A stretch of DNA of 64,000 bases from an uncultured delta proteobacterium (GCA_963848295.1 CAWKDB010000010.1:928001-992000); one strand, 5' to 3'. Shown: positions 11,224-21,381, counted from the first letter of the stretch. The notes: a model not told the origin generated them from the letters alone. Numbers and translations: made by a program.

Positions 11224-12336
11224 CGAAACAGCCTCTTCATCAGATCGGGATCGTGACCGCCGTGCTTCTTGACGTGCTCGAGCAACTGCGCGGCCTCGAT
11301 GCACGACTCGTGGTGCGCGAGCGCGGTCTCGAGCTGCGATTGCGCGAGCATGAGCTCGCCGTCTTGCAACGCCGCGAGTGCGGTCGCGACGTAGTACAGC
11401 GAGCGCAGCGGCTTGGACGCGCGGGTACACGACGAGCGCGGCGGCGAGGACCTCGCGCGCGGTGCCGGAATCGCCTTGGCCGAGCATGACCCGAGCGCGT
11501 TGCTCGAACGCCTCGCCGCCCTGCGCGGTGCCGGGCGTGGGTTTCGCCGCGACGATCGGCGGCGCGGTCGGCATCCGGGATGGCGTCGGCTTCGGCGCCG
11601 AGCCACCGGCACTCGACATGTCCTCGAACCCGACGAGCCAGCCCGGCGGGGCGGTGAGCGAGCTGCCGATCACCGCGCGCCGGCCCTCGGCCACGAGCGC
11701 CTGGCGCAACCGATCGTAGGCGCGGTTCGCGAGGATCGTCAGCTCTTCGGCGAGGTGCGACAGCGCGGGCGCGTTGAGCCGCGCGACGAGATCCGGATGA
11801 TGCCGGCGGATCAGGTTCTTCCAGCTCGCGCGAATCTCCTCGGGCTCGGCTTCGCGGCTGACGCCGAGCACCTCGTGCACCGCCGCCTGGCGCAGCCGGC
11901 GCAGCTCGCCGGATAGCTGTTGGAACAGCTCGCGCTCGTCGGTGCGCATCTCCTCGGTGGCGATCCGCGGCGACGTGCGTTGCGCCGGAGGTGCGACGAT
12001 GATCTGGATCTCTTCGTCGGGCTCGGCCTCGCCCGCGGCCATCGCGGTGATCCGGTGGCGAACGTCATCGGTGAAGCCGGTGAGCTCGAGCTCGATCCAG
12101 GTCTTGCCGCTCGGCTTGCCTTCCGCTTCGATCGGGGACGCGCGCATCACGGTGCCGTCGATCGCGATCACGACTTGGTTCGGCAGCTCCAAGCCGAGCG
12201 TGACCGGGGCGCCGATCTCGGTCTGAAACGGTACGCGCATCGACAGCAGCTTGCCCTTGCGCAGCTTGCGCGTACAAAACACATCGACCTGCTCCCAGGT
12301 CGTGCACTTCACGTGGAGCGTCCTCGCCGTTGCCAT
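11220..12336 (-). CDS. PilZ-like (TIGR02266-type) + J-domain + TPR-like protein, apparent frameshift near 11419
   Basis: N-terminus MATARTLHVKCTTWEQV..., J-domain VHEVLGV...RRHHPD, Pro-rich linker. Removing one base gives YPR-SKPLRSLYYVATAL...DLMKRLFR and about 371 aa. Confidence 0.8.
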
Positions 12337-12344
12337 CGGCCCGG

Positions 12345-14672
12345 CTACCTCGGCTTCTTGTCGGGCTTCGCGTGCGGATCGGGAGCGAGCTCGACGGCAT
12401 GGTCGAGCTCCGGCTTCTTCTTCGCCGCGATCAGCGGCGTCTTCGGATCGCCGCCGTCGCGCCACTCCTCGGGCGTGAACGTCGTGAACCCGGGCAAGAA
12501 CCCATCTTTCAACACGCGAACTTCGTACGGCAACCCCGCCTGGAGGCCGGTGAACTGGTCTTCGTCGGTCATCCCGATGTACATCCAGACTTCAGCGCCG
12601 GGCGGGCTCGATTCGATGTGGATCGGGCCGCGCCCGGGCGTGAACCCGGTCGCGTCGGGCGGCTTCGGCGGCATGGCCGGCAGCTTGTTCGCGCCCGGCT
12701 TCGCGGTCTTGTCGAGCGGCTTGAGCGTCACCGTGATCGACGCGTGGCGGTGCTCTTTGTCGTCGCCGGTCCAGTTGCTCGCGATGACTTGCGCATCGAC
12801 CGGCATGTAGCCGTCGACGTTCTCGACCCGGATCTCGTGCATCATCTCCGACGACAGCGGCATCGTGTCGACCGGCGTGCGGCCGATCTTCAACCACACG
12901 CCGGCCTGGGTCGGCGTCGACGTCACCTTGATCGCCCCGGCCGTCATCGATCGATCCGCCTGCTGGGCCGCGAGCTTTTCTTGGTCCTCGGCCGCCGCCT
13001 TCGCCTCATCCGACTTCTGCTTGTCGGTCTGGTTCTTGTCTTCTTGCAGGTTGTACTGGCGATAGACCCAGTAGCCGACGCCGGCGAGCACGATCAGCGC
13101 GATCACGCCGGGTATACGGCTCTTGAGCCGCGGCGGCGTGTAATCGTCGACGACGATGTCGGGCATCGGGAGCGCGCGCGGCTTCGGCTTCGGGACATCG
13201 AGGATGTCGCCGGTGCTCGCTCGCGGAGCGCCGCCGGTTTCGGCTCGGGTCGCCGCCGCCTCGGCGCGCGCCGCGGCTTTCTCGAGCTTCTCGACCGCGA
13301 CGGTCGCAGCCTCGGCCGCGCTCGACACGCGCCTCGCACCTTGATCGAGCTCGCCGATCGCGGCAAACGCCGCGGCTTCGTCCGCCGAGCCCGCTCGCGG
13401 GGAGCTCTGCGCGCGCGGCGACACGGTCGGGCGATTGCGCCGGATCTCGAGCTCGGGATCGTGCGCTGGCACGGGTGCCGGCAGCGGCGTGACGTCGTCC
13501 GGATCGTCGAGCGACGGCACGCGCGCGCTCGACACGATCGCTTCGCGTTTACGCGGATCGAGGCGGATCAGCTCCGAGATCGGATCGCGCGAATCGGCGC
13601 TTCGTCGACGTACGTGACGTTGGTCTGGTCGTCGAGATCGGCGAGCAGCGCGTCGAGCCGACCGCCGGTCTTCGGCGATCCGGCCGGCGTCTTTTGCCGC
13701 GCGTTGATCTGCTCGGCGCGCATCTCCATGCTCGCGCGCAACGGCGAGACCTGGACGTTGCTCGACGACGAGCCGAGCGACGCGAGCAGATCCTCGGTCG
13801 CTTCGTCGACGTTCGAGTCGGGCCGCGACAGGCCGGCCTCGCGGATCAGCTCGTTGCGCTCCGCGATGTCCCAGCGGTCGTCTTCGATCGCCTCGAGCAA
13901 GTTCTCGAGCAAGTCGCCCGCGTTCTTGTAGCGGCGCAGCACGTCGGTATCGAGCGCGCGCTGGACGAGCCGCTCGACCGCGGGCGTGACCCGCAGCGAG
14001 CCCGGCGGGACCTCGCCCGACAGCATCGTGAACAGCATCGCGCCGACACGCGAACACGTCGGCGGCCGGCGTCGGGTCTTCGCCGACGACGAGCTCGGGC
14101 GCGATGTAGCCGGCGAGCCCGCGCCACATCGCGGAGTCGGCGCCCTGGGCGACAGCCGTGGTGAGCGCTCGCCCGACGACGAAGTCGCCTAGCCGCACGC
14201 TGCCGTCTTCGTCGACCAGCACGCTGCGCGGGTGGACTGCGCCATGGACCACGCCGAGTCGATGCGCGGCGGCGAGCGCTTCGACCACCGACTTGCCGAT
14301 CGCGGCGGCGACCGGCAGCGAGAGCTTGCCGCCTTGCTTGCTGCGCGAGCGCGCTGCGGTGATCAGATCCTGGACCGTGACGTAGCGACCGCCGCCGCGC
14401 GTGACGACGACGACATCGGGGCCGCCCGCCTCGACACCCACGGTCGGCACGATGTTCGGGTGCTCGAGCCCGAGGATCTTTGCGGTCGTCTTGGTATCGG
14501 TCAGCGGGACGCGGAACGAGCTCTCCGCGAGCATCTTCGGGTCGATGACGAGCCCGCGCAGGTTGCGTTGGCCGTTGAACTGGGCGCGATGGATCGCGCC
14601 GTACATCGTGATCGCGAGTCGCTCGCTTAGCACGACGCCGGCGATAATCTGCTCGGCCGCTTGGCCACCCAC
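12345..14672 (-). CDS. Membrane-anchored Ser/Thr kinase-like protein (probable pseudokinase) with C-terminal PEGA-like domains
   Basis: Kinase-fold motifs HPNIV, HGAVHP, LGDFV, YIAPEL and DVFA; TM segment IPGVIALIVLAGVGYWVY; PEGA-like VTSTPTQAGVW and IESSPPGAEVW. Compensating indels near 14048 and 13592; the true middle frame is ORF 13568..14038. Confidence 0.82.
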   Translation of the reverse strand: MGGQAAEQIIAGVVLSERLAITMYGAIHRAQFNGQRNLRGLVIDPKMLAESSFRVPLTDTKTTAKILGLEHPNIVPTVGVEAGGPDVVVVTRGGGRYVTVQDLITAARSRSKQGGKLSLPVAAAIGKSVVEALAAAHRLGVVHGAVHPRSVLVDEDGSVRLGDFVVGRALTTAVAQGADSAMWRGLAGYIAPELVVGEDPTPAADVFACRRDAVHDAVGRGPAGLAAGHARGRAARPARARYRRAAPLQERGRLARELARGDRRRPLGHRGAQRADPRGRPVAARLERRRSDRGSARVARLVVEQRPGLAVAREHGDARRADQRAAKDAGRIAEDRRSARRAARRSRRPDQRHVRRRSADSRDPISELIRLDPRKREAIVSSARVPSLDDPDDVTPLPAPVPAHDPELEIRRNRPTVSPRAQSSPRAGSADEAAAFAAIGELDQGARRVSSAAEAATVAVEKLEKAAARAEAAATRAETGGAPRASTGDILDVPKPKPRALPMPDIVVDDYTPPRLKSRIPGVIALIVLAGVGYWVYRQYNLQEDKNQTDKQKSDEAKAAAEDQEKLAAQQADRSMTAGAIKVTSTPTQAGVWLKIGRTPVDTMPLSSEMMHEIRVENVDGYMPVDAQVIASNWTGDDKEHRHASITVTLKPLDKTAKPGANKLPAMPPKPPDATGFTPGRGPIHIESSPPGAEVWMYIGMTDEDQFTGLQAGLPYEVRVLKDGFLPGFTTFTPEEWRDGGDPKTPLIAAKKKPELDHAVELAPDPHAKPDKKPR

Positions 14673-14679
14673 GCCGTAA

Positions 14680-15579
14680 CTATAGCCGGAACTGCAGCTC
14701 GATCCACGGCTCGGCGAACAGGAAGAACACCGCCGCGACCGCTAAAAACGGCCCAAACGGCAGCTCGGTCTTCATCAGCGAGGGCTCGGCATCGTCGGCT
14801 TCGGCCTGTGGAGGCGCGGCCTTGCCCCGAGCGCGCGCGGCGGCGATCGCGGCGATGCCGATGACCGAGCCGACGATCGAGCCGCCGAACAGCGACACGA
14901 CGACGCCGCGCCAGCCGAGCAGCGCGCCGACCATCGCGAGCAAGTCGGCATCGCCGAGCCCCAGCCCCTCGCGGCCGGTGACGCGAAAGTAGATCTCGCC
15001 GATCAGCCACGGCACGCCGAACCCGACCCCGGCGCCGATCAGGCCGTCGAGCCAGGGCCGATGCTCGCACAGCCCGAGCACGTAGAACACGATCGTCGAC
15101 GGCACCGTGAGCTTGCGCAGGATCAGCTTGGTATCGAGGTCGATGAACGTCACGATCACCATCACGACGACAAACGCGGCGTCGATGCCGAAATGAACGA
15201 GCCGCGCATCCAACGGCTCGAACCGGGCAGCGGCCACGACCGCGAACCACCACGCGACCCCGAACAGCGCGCCGGTGAGCGCTTCGACGACCAGATACCG
15301 GGGCGAAAACTCGGCCTTGCAGTCGCGGCACCGCCCGCGCAGCCACAGATAGCTGAGCAGCGGCACGTTGTCGTACCAGCGGACCGGCGCCTTGCACGCG
15401 AAGCAGTGCGAGCCCGGCGCGACCACCGACCTGCCCTTCGGGTGATCGTCGGTCGGCGGCCACCGATAGATGCAGACGTTCGCGAAGCTGCCCCACAACA
15501 GGCCCAGGCCCACCGCGAACGCATACGCGGCGAGCGACGTCACCAGGGGTTCGAGCTCGCTCAGCACGCGCCTCGCCAA
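14680..15579 (-). CDS. pilD: Prepilin peptidase / N-methyltransferase (A24)
   Basis: Motifs GSFANVCIYR, CFAC and CRDC (Zn site), IDLD, GLGDADL and PFGPFL. The start may instead be the GTG at 15543. Confidence 0.9.
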   Translation of the reverse strand: MARRVLSELEPLVTSLAAYAFAVGLGLLWGSFANVCIYRWPPTDDHPKGRSVVAPGSHCFACKAPVRWYDNVPLLSYLWLRGRCRDCKAEFSPRYLVVEALTGALFGVAWWFAVVAAARFEPLDARLVHFGIDAAFVVVMVIVTFIDLDTKLILRKLTVPSTIVFYVLGLCEHRPWLDGLIGAGVGFGVPWLIGEIYFRVTGREGLGLGDADLLAMVGALLGWRGVVVSLFGGSIVGSVIGIAAIAAARARGKAAPPQAEADDAEPSLMKTELPFGPFLAVAAVFFLFAEPWIELQFRL

Positions 15580-15627
15580 CGGTAGCGTGGTTGACCTCGG
15601 CCGTCGAGAAAGCTAAGAACTCGGGAC

Positions 15628-16566
15628 ATGTTCCGCGCCGCGATCGCTTGCCTGGCCCTGTGTGCCGGGGCGTGCGGCCGATCCGAGCCCGTACCGGACC
15701 GCGACCTCGGAGGGCTCGTGCTGTCGCCGAAGACGACGGCCGATCCGATCGATGTCGCGCGGGCCGCTGCCGAACCGGCGGAGCTCGGGCGCGCGCTCGG
15801 CTTGCCGCTGCACGCGGTGAGCGGTGCGCTCGGACCGGTCGCCGTCACGATCGACACGACGACCGAGGTCAGCGAGGCCGACAAGGTCGTCGACTCGCTG
15901 TCCGATCACACCGCGGTCGAGCTGGGCGAGCTCGGCAAGGGCGAGTTCCACGCGCTGTACACGAACTCCGCTGACTACGGACGCGAAGTGTCGTTCGTCG
16001 GCGGGGCGTTGTACCTGCGACCGCGCTATCAGAAGTGGCATCAGCGCGCGCCGGAGGCGTCCGACGAGCCGAAGACGCTCGCCGACTCGTTCTACCAGCC
16101 GATCGCCGCGGCGTGGGATCTGCTCGCACCCGGCGCCGAGCTCGTCGACGGTGGCGCGGTGACGGTCGGCGGGCGCAAGGGCCGCAAGATCGTCGTCAAG
16201 CGCGCGGCCGAGCCGCGCAAGCCGGAGCCCGAGCCGCTCGCGCAGCGCAAGTGGCGCGAAGGCCGGCTCGTCGACGCGGTCGACGGCGAGATCGTGCTCG
16301 ATGCGGACAAGGGCGTGCCGCTCACCGTGAACCTCACCGGCGCGGTGTCGTTTCAACGCGATGGCCGGCGGTTCTCGATGAAGCTGAGTGTCAAGGCCGA
16401 GCTGTCCGCGATCGGAACCGCGGCGACGATCGCGGTGCCCGGCAGCGACGAGGTCGTCGCGACCCCGGAGCGAATGCGCGAGGTCGACGACCGCGACATG
16501 TTGTTGCAAGGCATCGCGCCGCCGACGCATCACGACGGCCCGGCGAAACCCGCAGTGCCGAAATGA
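15628..16566 (+). CDS. Hypothetical lipoprotein
   Basis: Signal and lipobox MFRAAIACLALCAGAC; typical codon bias; beta-rich body. Confidence 0.78.
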   Translation: MFRAAIACLALCAGACGRSEPVPDRDLGGLVLSPKTTADPIDVARAAAEPAELGRALGLPLHAVSGALGPVAVTIDTTTEVSEADKVVDSLSDHTAVELGELGKGEFHALYTNSADYGREVSFVGGALYLRPRYQKWHQRAPEASDEPKTLADSFYQPIAAAWDLLAPGAELVDGGAVTVGGRKGRKIVVKRAAEPRKPEPEPLAQRKWREGRLVDAVDGEIVLDADKGVPLTVNLTGAVSFQRDGRRFSMKLSVKAELSAIGTAATIAVPGSDEVVATPERMREVDDRDMLLQGIAPPTHHDGPAKPAVPK

Positions 16567-17372
16567 CCGCGCTCACGCTGCGGCGCGACTACCTCGTCGG
16601 GCAACGCCGCTCGATCATCGCGCGCGCCCTGCTCGGCAGCATCGCCGGCGCGGTGCCGGTGCCGTTCCTCGACGACTGGGCGGTCGGCGCGATCATCGGC
16701 GGAGGCTACAAGCGGATCGCGACCGCGCATCACGTCGACCTCGATCGCGATGCGGAGAAGACGCTCGTCCACGGCACGACCGCGCCGCCATCGCTCATCG
16801 ATCTCGCCGCGGGTGGCCTCGCGTTTCGGCTCGCCGGTCGCGCCGCCCGCCGGATGATGTTCGCGCTCGCGACCGTCAATCGCGCGCGCTCCGCGGCCCG
16901 CACGTTCGTGTCGATGACGCTGTTCGACCACTACTGCGCGAAGCTGCACACCGGCCTGGCGATCGACAACGCCACCGCGCTCGCGCTGCGTGAAGAGATC
17001 GGCCGTACGATCGACAACACGCCGGGCGCGCTCGTGGCCAAGCCGTTCCGGCGCGGCGCGTTGTCTGCGGCGAAGGCGACGCTGCGCGCGCCCCTCGAGC
17101 TCGCCGATCTCGCGACCGGCGGCCGGGTCCGCAAGTTGCTCGCGAAGCGCAGCTCGGTGACCGAAGCGGAGCGCGTCGACGAGCTCGAGCACGCGATGGA
17201 GACCGCGCTCGCCGAGAACCGCGGGTTCTTGTCGCGTACCGTCGCGGCGGTCGAGACCCAGCTGTCGGCCGAAGCGAACCCGTTTCTCGACGCCGCGCTC
17301 GAGTCGTTCGAACGCCGGTGGCGCGCGCGGGTCGCCGCCGGCACCACGCGCTCCGAGCCGGTCAAGCCTTGA
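16563..17372 (+). CDS. Hypothetical protein (weak resemblance to DUF697-like proteins)
   Basis: ATG 16563 overlaps the upstream stop and the TGA overlaps the proB start. Contains AGAVPVPFLDD. Confidence 0.7.
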   Translation: MTALTLRRDYLVGQRRSIIARALLGSIAGAVPVPFLDDWAVGAIIGGGYKRIATAHHVDLDRDAEKTLVHGTTAPPSLIDLAAGGLAFRLAGRAARRMMFALATVNRARSAARTFVSMTLFDHYCAKLHTGLAIDNATALALREEIGRTIDNTPGALVAKPFRRGALSAAKATLRAPLELADLATGGRVRKLLAKRSSVTEAERVDELEHAMETALAENRGFLSRTVAAVETQLSAEANPFLDAALESFERRWRARVAAGTTRSEPVKP

Positions 17373-18466
17373 CGGAGCGCGCGAAGCTGCAAGCGGCCCG
17401 CCGCGTCGTCGTCAAGCTCGGTAGCCGGTTGCTCGCGGAAGCGCCGGCGAGCCGGCCGGCGACGATCGCGGACCAAGTAGCGCGCCTGCGCACCCGCGGC
17501 GTGGAGGTCGTCGTGGTCTCGTCGGGCGCGATCGCGCTCGGCGTCAAGCGGCTCGGGCTCGCGGCGCGCCCGCACGAGCTGCCGGGCTTGCAAGCCGCCG
17601 CCGCGGTCGGCCAGTCGCAGTTGATGCAGCACTGGGAGCACGCGTTCGCGCCGCACGGGCTCGCGATCGGCCAGGTGCTCGTCACCCACGACGACCTCGG
17701 CGATCGCCGGCGGTTCCTGTCGGCGCGGCTGACGCTGCGCGCGCTGCTCGATCACGGCGTCGTGCCGATCATCAACGAGAACGACACGGTCGCGACCGAG
17801 GAGATCAAGTTCGGCGACAACGATCAGCTCGCGGCGCTCGTTTGCAACCTGGTGTCGGCCGACGCGCTCGTGATCCTGACCGACGTCGAAGGCGTGCGCG
17901 ATGCGACCGGCGTGCGAATCCCGATCGTGCGCGACATCGATCGCGAAGCCGCACCGGTCGCCGGCACGTCGACGTCCGACGGCGTCGGCTCGGGCGGCAT
18001 GGCCTCGAAGGTCGGCTCCGCGCGGATCGCGACGCGCACCGGCGTGCCGGTCATCGTCGCACCCGGGCGCGAGCCCGACGTGATCACACGCGTGCTCGCG
18101 GGCGACGACGTCGGAACGTTGTTCGTGCCGACCGCCGGCGCGATGTCGAGCCGCAAGCATTGGATCGCGTTCGGCTCGCGCGCCGCCGGGACGATCGTCG
18201 TCGACGGTGGCGCGGCATCCGCGCTCGCTCGCGGCGGCAAGAGCTTGTTACCGGCCGGTATCGTCGCGGTCGATGGCGACTTCGAGCTCGGCGACACCGT
18301 CGAGATCGCGGGCCAGGACCGCCGTGCGTTCGCGCGTGGGCTCGTCGCTTACTCCGCCTCCGACCTGCGCAGGATCCGGGGCTTGCAATCGGCCGCTATC
18401 GAGGCCACGCTCGGATACAGGAGCATCGACGAAGCGATCCACCGCGATGACCTCGTGATCTTGTGA
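17369..18466 (+). CDS. proB: Glutamate 5-kinase with PUA domain
   Basis: Motifs VVKLGS, VSSGAIA, AAAAVGQ, INENDTV, FGDNDQL, GSGGMASK and SLLPAGI. Confidence 0.96.
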   Translation: MTERAKLQAARRVVVKLGSRLLAEAPASRPATIADQVARLRTRGVEVVVVSSGAIALGVKRLGLAARPHELPGLQAAAAVGQSQLMQHWEHAFAPHGLAIGQVLVTHDDLGDRRRFLSARLTLRALLDHGVVPIINENDTVATEEIKFGDNDQLAALVCNLVSADALVILTDVEGVRDATGVRIPIVRDIDREAAPVAGTSTSDGVGSGGMASKVGSARIATRTGVPVIVAPGREPDVITRVLAGDDVGTLFVPTAGAMSSRKHWIAFGSRAAGTIVVDGGAASALARGGKSLLPAGIVAVDGDFELGDTVEIAGQDRRAFARGLVAYSASDLRRIRGLQSAAIEATLGYRSIDEAIHRDDLVIL

Positions 18467-18473
18467 TCGAATC

Positions 18474-19748
18474 GTGATCGACCGCCAACCGAGCCCCTCG
18501 ACACCGACGATGCGTCGGGTAGCCGAAGCGGCGCGCAGCGCATCGAGGATCGTCGCGAAGTTGTCGCCCGCGCAGCGCACGGCTGGGCTCGTCGCGATCG
18601 CCGACGCGATCGCCGCTCACCGCAAAGACATCCTCGGGGCGAACGACCGCGATCTCGACGCCGCCGAACGCTCGGGCCTATCCGCGGCGATGCTCGATCG
18701 GCTCGAGCTCGATGACGCGCGCGTCGACGGTCTGGTCCGCGCGGTGCGCGAGATCGCCGCCGCTCCCGATCCGCTCGGTAAGGTCGAGCACAAAGAGCTG
18801 CGCCCGAACGGCCTCGAGGTCAGCCGCGTCCGCATCCCGCTCGGCGTGATCGCGATGATCTACGAGGCGCGGCCGAACGTCACGACCGATGCCGCCGCGC
18901 TGTGCCTCAAGGCCGGCAATGCCTGCATCTTGCGCGGCGGTCGCGAGGCGATCGAGAGCAATCGCGCGCTGGCCGCGGCGGTGCAAGCGGGCCTACTGCG
19001 CGCCGGGTTGCCGGCCGACGCGGTCCAGCTCGTGTCGGTGACCGACCGAGAGGCGATCAAAGAGCTCGTCGTGCTCGATGACCTGATCGATCTCTGCATC
19101 CCGCGGGGCGGCGAGGGATTGATCCGGTTCGTCGCCGAGCACGCGCGCGTCCCGGTGATCAAGCATTACAAAGGCGTGTGTCACGTCTACGTCCACGCCG
19201 CCGCCGACCTCGAGATGGCCGCCGCGATCGTCGAGAACGCGAAGGTGTCGCGCCCGGGCGTGTGCAACGCGTGCGAGACCGTGCTGATCGACCGCGCGAT
19301 CGCCGCGACGTTCGTCCCGGCGCTCGTCACCCGGCTCGCCCCGAAAGTCGAGCTCCGCGGCGACGACGTCACGCGCGCGCTCGCCGGGCGCGACCTCGAA
19401 GCGGCGACCGAAGCAGACTGGTCGGCCGAATATCTCGATCTCATCCTCGCGGTGCGCGTCGTCGACGACCTGGCCGCCGCGGTCGCCCACATCGAGCGCT
19501 ACGGTTCGAGCCACACCGAGGCGATCGTGACCTCCGATCGCGCGGTCGCCGAGCAGTTCCTGCGCGAGGTCGACTCGTCGACCGTGCTGGTCAACGCGTC
19601 GACCCGGTTCGCCGATGGCGGCGAGCTCGGGCTCGGCGCCGAGATCGGAATCTCGACGACCCGGCTCCACGCCTACGGTCCGATGGGTGCAGAAGGCCTC
19701 ACGACCACGAAGTTTGTCGTCCGCGGTGCTGGACAGGTTCGCACCTAG
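18474..19748 (+). CDS. proA: Glutamate-5-semialdehyde dehydrogenase
   Basis: Motifs PLGVIAMIYEARPNV, IPRGG, CNACET, NASTRFADG and GISTTRLHAYGPMG. Confidence 0.96.
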   Translation: MIDRQPSPSTPTMRRVAEAARSASRIVAKLSPAQRTAGLVAIADAIAAHRKDILGANDRDLDAAERSGLSAAMLDRLELDDARVDGLVRAVREIAAAPDPLGKVEHKELRPNGLEVSRVRIPLGVIAMIYEARPNVTTDAAALCLKAGNACILRGGREAIESNRALAAAVQAGLLRAGLPADAVQLVSVTDREAIKELVVLDDLIDLCIPRGGEGLIRFVAEHARVPVIKHYKGVCHVYVHAAADLEMAAAIVENAKVSRPGVCNACETVLIDRAIAATFVPALVTRLAPKVELRGDDVTRALAGRDLEAATEADWSAEYLDLILAVRVVDDLAAAVAHIERYGSSHTEAIVTSDRAVAEQFLREVDSSTVLVNASTRFADGGELGLGAEIGISTTRLHAYGPMGAEGLTTTKFVVRGAGQVRT

Positions 19749-19779
19749 CCGCGGTAGAAAGGGACGGTCGACGCGACGC

Positions 19780-20250
19780 ATGACGAGCAAGAAGAGCGCA
19801 GCCAAAGGCCACGGCAAATCCTCCGCGACTCGCGGGCGAGTATCGACCACCTCCAACGAAGGCCTCGAGGGCGCGCTCCGCGCACTCGACCTCGCGCTCG
19901 ACAAGAAGGCGCTCGAGCCGGTGCTGCTCGATGTCCGCGAGCTGTGCTCGTTCTGCAACTACCAGCTCGTGATCTCCGGCAAGTCGGATCGCCAGGTCGA
20001 CTCGATCGCCGATGCGATCTCGGTCGGGCTCAAGGCCGAAGGCCTGCGCGTGATCGGCTCGGAGGGCGCGCGCACCGGCCAATGGGCGCTGCTCGACTTC
20101 GGCGACTTCGTCGTCCACGTATTTTTGCATAGCGTGCGCGAGCATTACGATCTCGAAGGGCTGTGGAACGACGCGCCGCGCGTGCCGATCGAAGTGCCCG
20201 CCGACGCCCGGCTGCCGGCTGACGATCAGTACGACGCGACCTCGGCGTGA
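19780..20250 (+). CDS. rsfS: Ribosome silencing factor
   Basis: Motifs DKKA...LDV, GKSDRQV and WALLDFGDFVVHVF...REHYDLEGLW. Confidence 0.93.
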   Translation: MTSKKSAAKGHGKSSATRGRVSTTSNEGLEGALRALDLALDKKALEPVLLDVRELCSFCNYQLVISGKSDRQVDSIADAISVGLKAEGLRVIGSEGARTGQWALLDFGDFVVHVFLHSVREHYDLEGLWNDAPRVPIEVPADARLPADDQYDATSA

Positions 20251-20681
20251 CGCTGCGCGTGACCGTCGCGGCGGTCGGCCGGCTCAAGGAGCCGTACTTG
20301 GTCGCGGCGCAAGCCGAGTACACCAAGCGCCTCCGCCCGTTCTGCACATTAAGCGTGACCGAGGCCAAAGACGAGGCGGCGCTCGTCGCCTCGTTGCCGC
20401 CGACCGCGCACGTCTACGCGTTCGACGAGCGCGGCGAGTCGATCTCGAGCGCGCAGTTCGCGCAGCTACTCGAACGCGAGGCGTCGCACGGCGGTGGCGC
20501 GCCGATCGTGCTCGCGATCGGCGGACCGGACGGCCACTCCGATGCGCTCCGTGCGCGCGCGACCAAGCTGCTCGCATTCGGCAAGATGACGATCGCGCAT
20601 CGCCTCGTGCGCATACTGGTGCTCGAGCAGCTCTATCGCGGGTTCAAGATCGTGCGCGCCGAGCCGTATCACCGGGACTGA
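20247..20681 (+). CDS. rlmH: 23S rRNA m3-pseudouridine-1915 methyltransferase
   Basis: Motifs AVGRLKE, DERGE, IGGPDG and H.LVRILVLEQLYRGFKI....PYHR; directly follows rsfS. Confidence 0.93.
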   Translation: MTLRVTVAAVGRLKEPYLVAAQAEYTKRLRPFCTLSVTEAKDEAALVASLPPTAHVYAFDERGESISSAQFAQLLEREASHGGGAPIVLAIGGPDGHSDALRARATKLLAFGKMTIAHRLVRILVLEQLYRGFKIVRAEPYHRD

Positions 20682-20683
20682 CG

Positions 20684-21235
20684 CTATAGCGACGCGAAGT
20701 CGTAGCCGACCGAGCCCATGATGCTGAACAGCGTCGAGCTCGTGCCGTCGCCGAGCTGTTCCGAGCCGGGCGACCAGAACCCGACCTTCGCCTCGACCTT
20801 GCCGATCTGATAGCCGGCGCCGACTTGGTAGTCGAGCTTGGCGTTCGTGGCTGACGTACCCATCCCGGATTCCGTGATGATCGACGCACCGAGCTCGGCA
20901 TCGACGAATAGGCCGGTCGTGCCGAGCTTGTACTTGGCGCCGACGAGGATCGGGAGGATGCCGAGCGAGATGCCGCCCATCGTTCCGAGATCGTAGAGAT
21001 AGCCGATCCGTCCGGTCGCGGCTAACGCAGCGGTGATTCCGTACTCGAAGCGGCCGTCGATCCCAGTCGCGAAGCTCGCCTCGTCGCGATAGTCGCCGAC
21101 CGGCAGTACGCCGATGACGTCGGCGCCGATCGTCTTCGAGCTCGGGCCGGCCTGCGGTGGATCGGCGTACGCGGGGCCCGCGCTCGTCGCGCCGGCGATC
21201 ATCACGGCAATGAACGATGTAGTGGTGCGATTCAT
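20684..21235 (-). CDS. Small outer-membrane beta-barrel protein
   Basis: Signal peptide MNRTTTSF...AYA, alternating beta-strand pattern, C-terminal SVGYDF. Confidence 0.72.
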   Translation of the reverse strand: MNRTTTSFIAVMIAGATSAGPAYADPPQAGPSSKTIGADVIGVLPVGDYRDEASFATGIDGRFEYGITAALAATGRIGYLYDLGTMGGISLGILPILVGAKYKLGTTGLFVDAELGASIITESGMGTSATNAKLDYQVGAGYQIGKVEAKVGFWSPGSEQLGDGTSSTLFSIMGSVGYDFASL

Positions 21236-21246
21236 ATGGCCACTAT

Positions 21247-21264
21247 CAGCACAGGTCGTGCCTG
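21247..21264 (-). promoter_or_regulatory. Putative sigma54 (-24/-12) promoter of the beta-barrel gene
   Basis: Minus strand reads CAGGCACGACCTGTGCTG (GG-N10-GC); the -12 GC is 14 nt before the ATG at 21235. Confidence 0.6.
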
Positions 21265-21356
21265 CACCTAGACGAGCGATTTCACTGGCGCGCCGTGCTT
21301 CGCTCGCCAGGCTGACAATCAAGCACCGTGAGGACCGCGTCGTTCTGACACTCGCG

Positions 21357-21381
21357 GGCTGAACGCGATGGGCGTTCAGCC
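21357..21381 (-). terminator. Hairpin just downstream of smpB, possible terminator
   Basis: GGCTGAACGC-GATGG-GCGTTCAGCC forms a perfect 10-bp stem. No U-tract follows. Confidence 0.45.

Noticed and set aside
9655..12465. 936-aa PilZ-J-Hsp70 single-chain fusion ORF
   Set aside because: The joining segment is Arg-rich off-frame sequence. Removing one base near 11419 gives a TPR-like end matching the second J protein and an ATGA overlap with the Hsp70 start, so two genes are more likely.
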